Source of the DNA: Nemertoderma westbladi
Lineage: Eukaryota > Animalia > Xenacoelomorpha
Direction: 5' to 3'
Length of the DNA stretch: 64,000 nucleotides
Assembly: GCA_032718475.1 (NCBI GenBank)
Contig: JAUCBJ010006002.1
Coordinates: 1-64,000, forward strand
Shown here: one piece after another, positions 63,359 through 64,000 of the stretch
How the letters are laid out: every line of letters starts with the position of its first letter
How positions within the stretch are numbered: position 1 is the first letter of the stretch
Made by a program: the position numbers and the translations under genes
The notes under the pieces: model-generated
Told to the model about the DNA's origin: nothing
The model's database searches: none
Seen by the model: only the letters and a program-made list of their open reading frames with translations

Positions 63359-64000
63359 CTCCGTACGATTAAAGTGCACCCATACAGTTTACTACCCTTA
63401 ATGAGCACGAAACTATAAAAAAATACATTTTCCTCAACTGTATTATGTTTTTATCGTCACACACCCACCGAGTTAAGAGAGTAGCCGACAATAACTCTCT
63501 CTATTCGGTTACATTTTGGCAATAATGAAACTGTTATTGGCCAAATCCGCTTAGTTTTGGCAGCGACTGAACACATTAATTATATACCATATTATTAACA
63601 CCGCCGTATTGAGTGAGGTCACAATATACATTCAAAACTTCCGTTTAATTTAACGGTACAGTACGTGTATTTCATAATGATCAGTATTATCAGTATTATT
63701 AGTAATAATCATGTTTTTCAATTAACAATTTAATTAAATTAAAATATGATATTTCACTTCATACATTGTATTTAACTAACATAATAAGAAAGCAAAGGTG
63801 CAACTGAGATTGCGTAAATGGTTACCCTCACTAGATTTAGACGCCGGATACTCTAATAGATACTCTAATATAATTTAGTTACAAATAAGGGAAAGGATCA
63901 GGTTTCAGAGACGGCTTTTTCTAACCAAAACAATAAATTATTATTATTATTCCTTTGGTACCCATAGTGATTGCACGAATGGGGAAGTCTCTACACAAGG

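Overview
AT-rich, intron-containing eukaryotic (most likely invertebrate animal) genomic DNA, not prokaryotic. Two host genes can be rebuilt by hand from splice sites, both on the + strand. The first is a 3-coding-exon rhodopsin-family peptide-receptor-like GPCR (3689-3884, 14120-14309, 21106-22042; 440 aa). The second is a 3-exon aquaporin (41718-42194, 42512-42682, 47632-47757; 257 aa). Most of the rest is transposon-derived or repeats: decayed LINEs (RTE, CR1/L2-like, one near-full-length two-ORF element at about 34.3-38.2 kb), a 5'-truncated BEL/Pao LTR element, a Penelope GIY-YIG remnant, tRNA-derived SINEs, TTAA piggyBac-like, hAT-like and GG-ended foldback non-autonomous DNA elements, DINE-1/HINE-like elements, several satellites and two local tandem duplications. 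The best candidates for follow-up are: (1) an intact accessory ORF pair with tandem CCHC zinc knuckles between BEL/Pao pol and the polypurine tract; (2) a ~1 kb foldback element apparently made by template switching inside a parent element whose full-length copies are in the same window; (3) an aquaporin ar/R filter reading I-H-T-R; (4) elements with shared ends but different internal microsatellites. No prokaryote-type system (CRISPR, operon, rRNA or true tRNA) was found. Family assignments come from motif recognition, with no database search.
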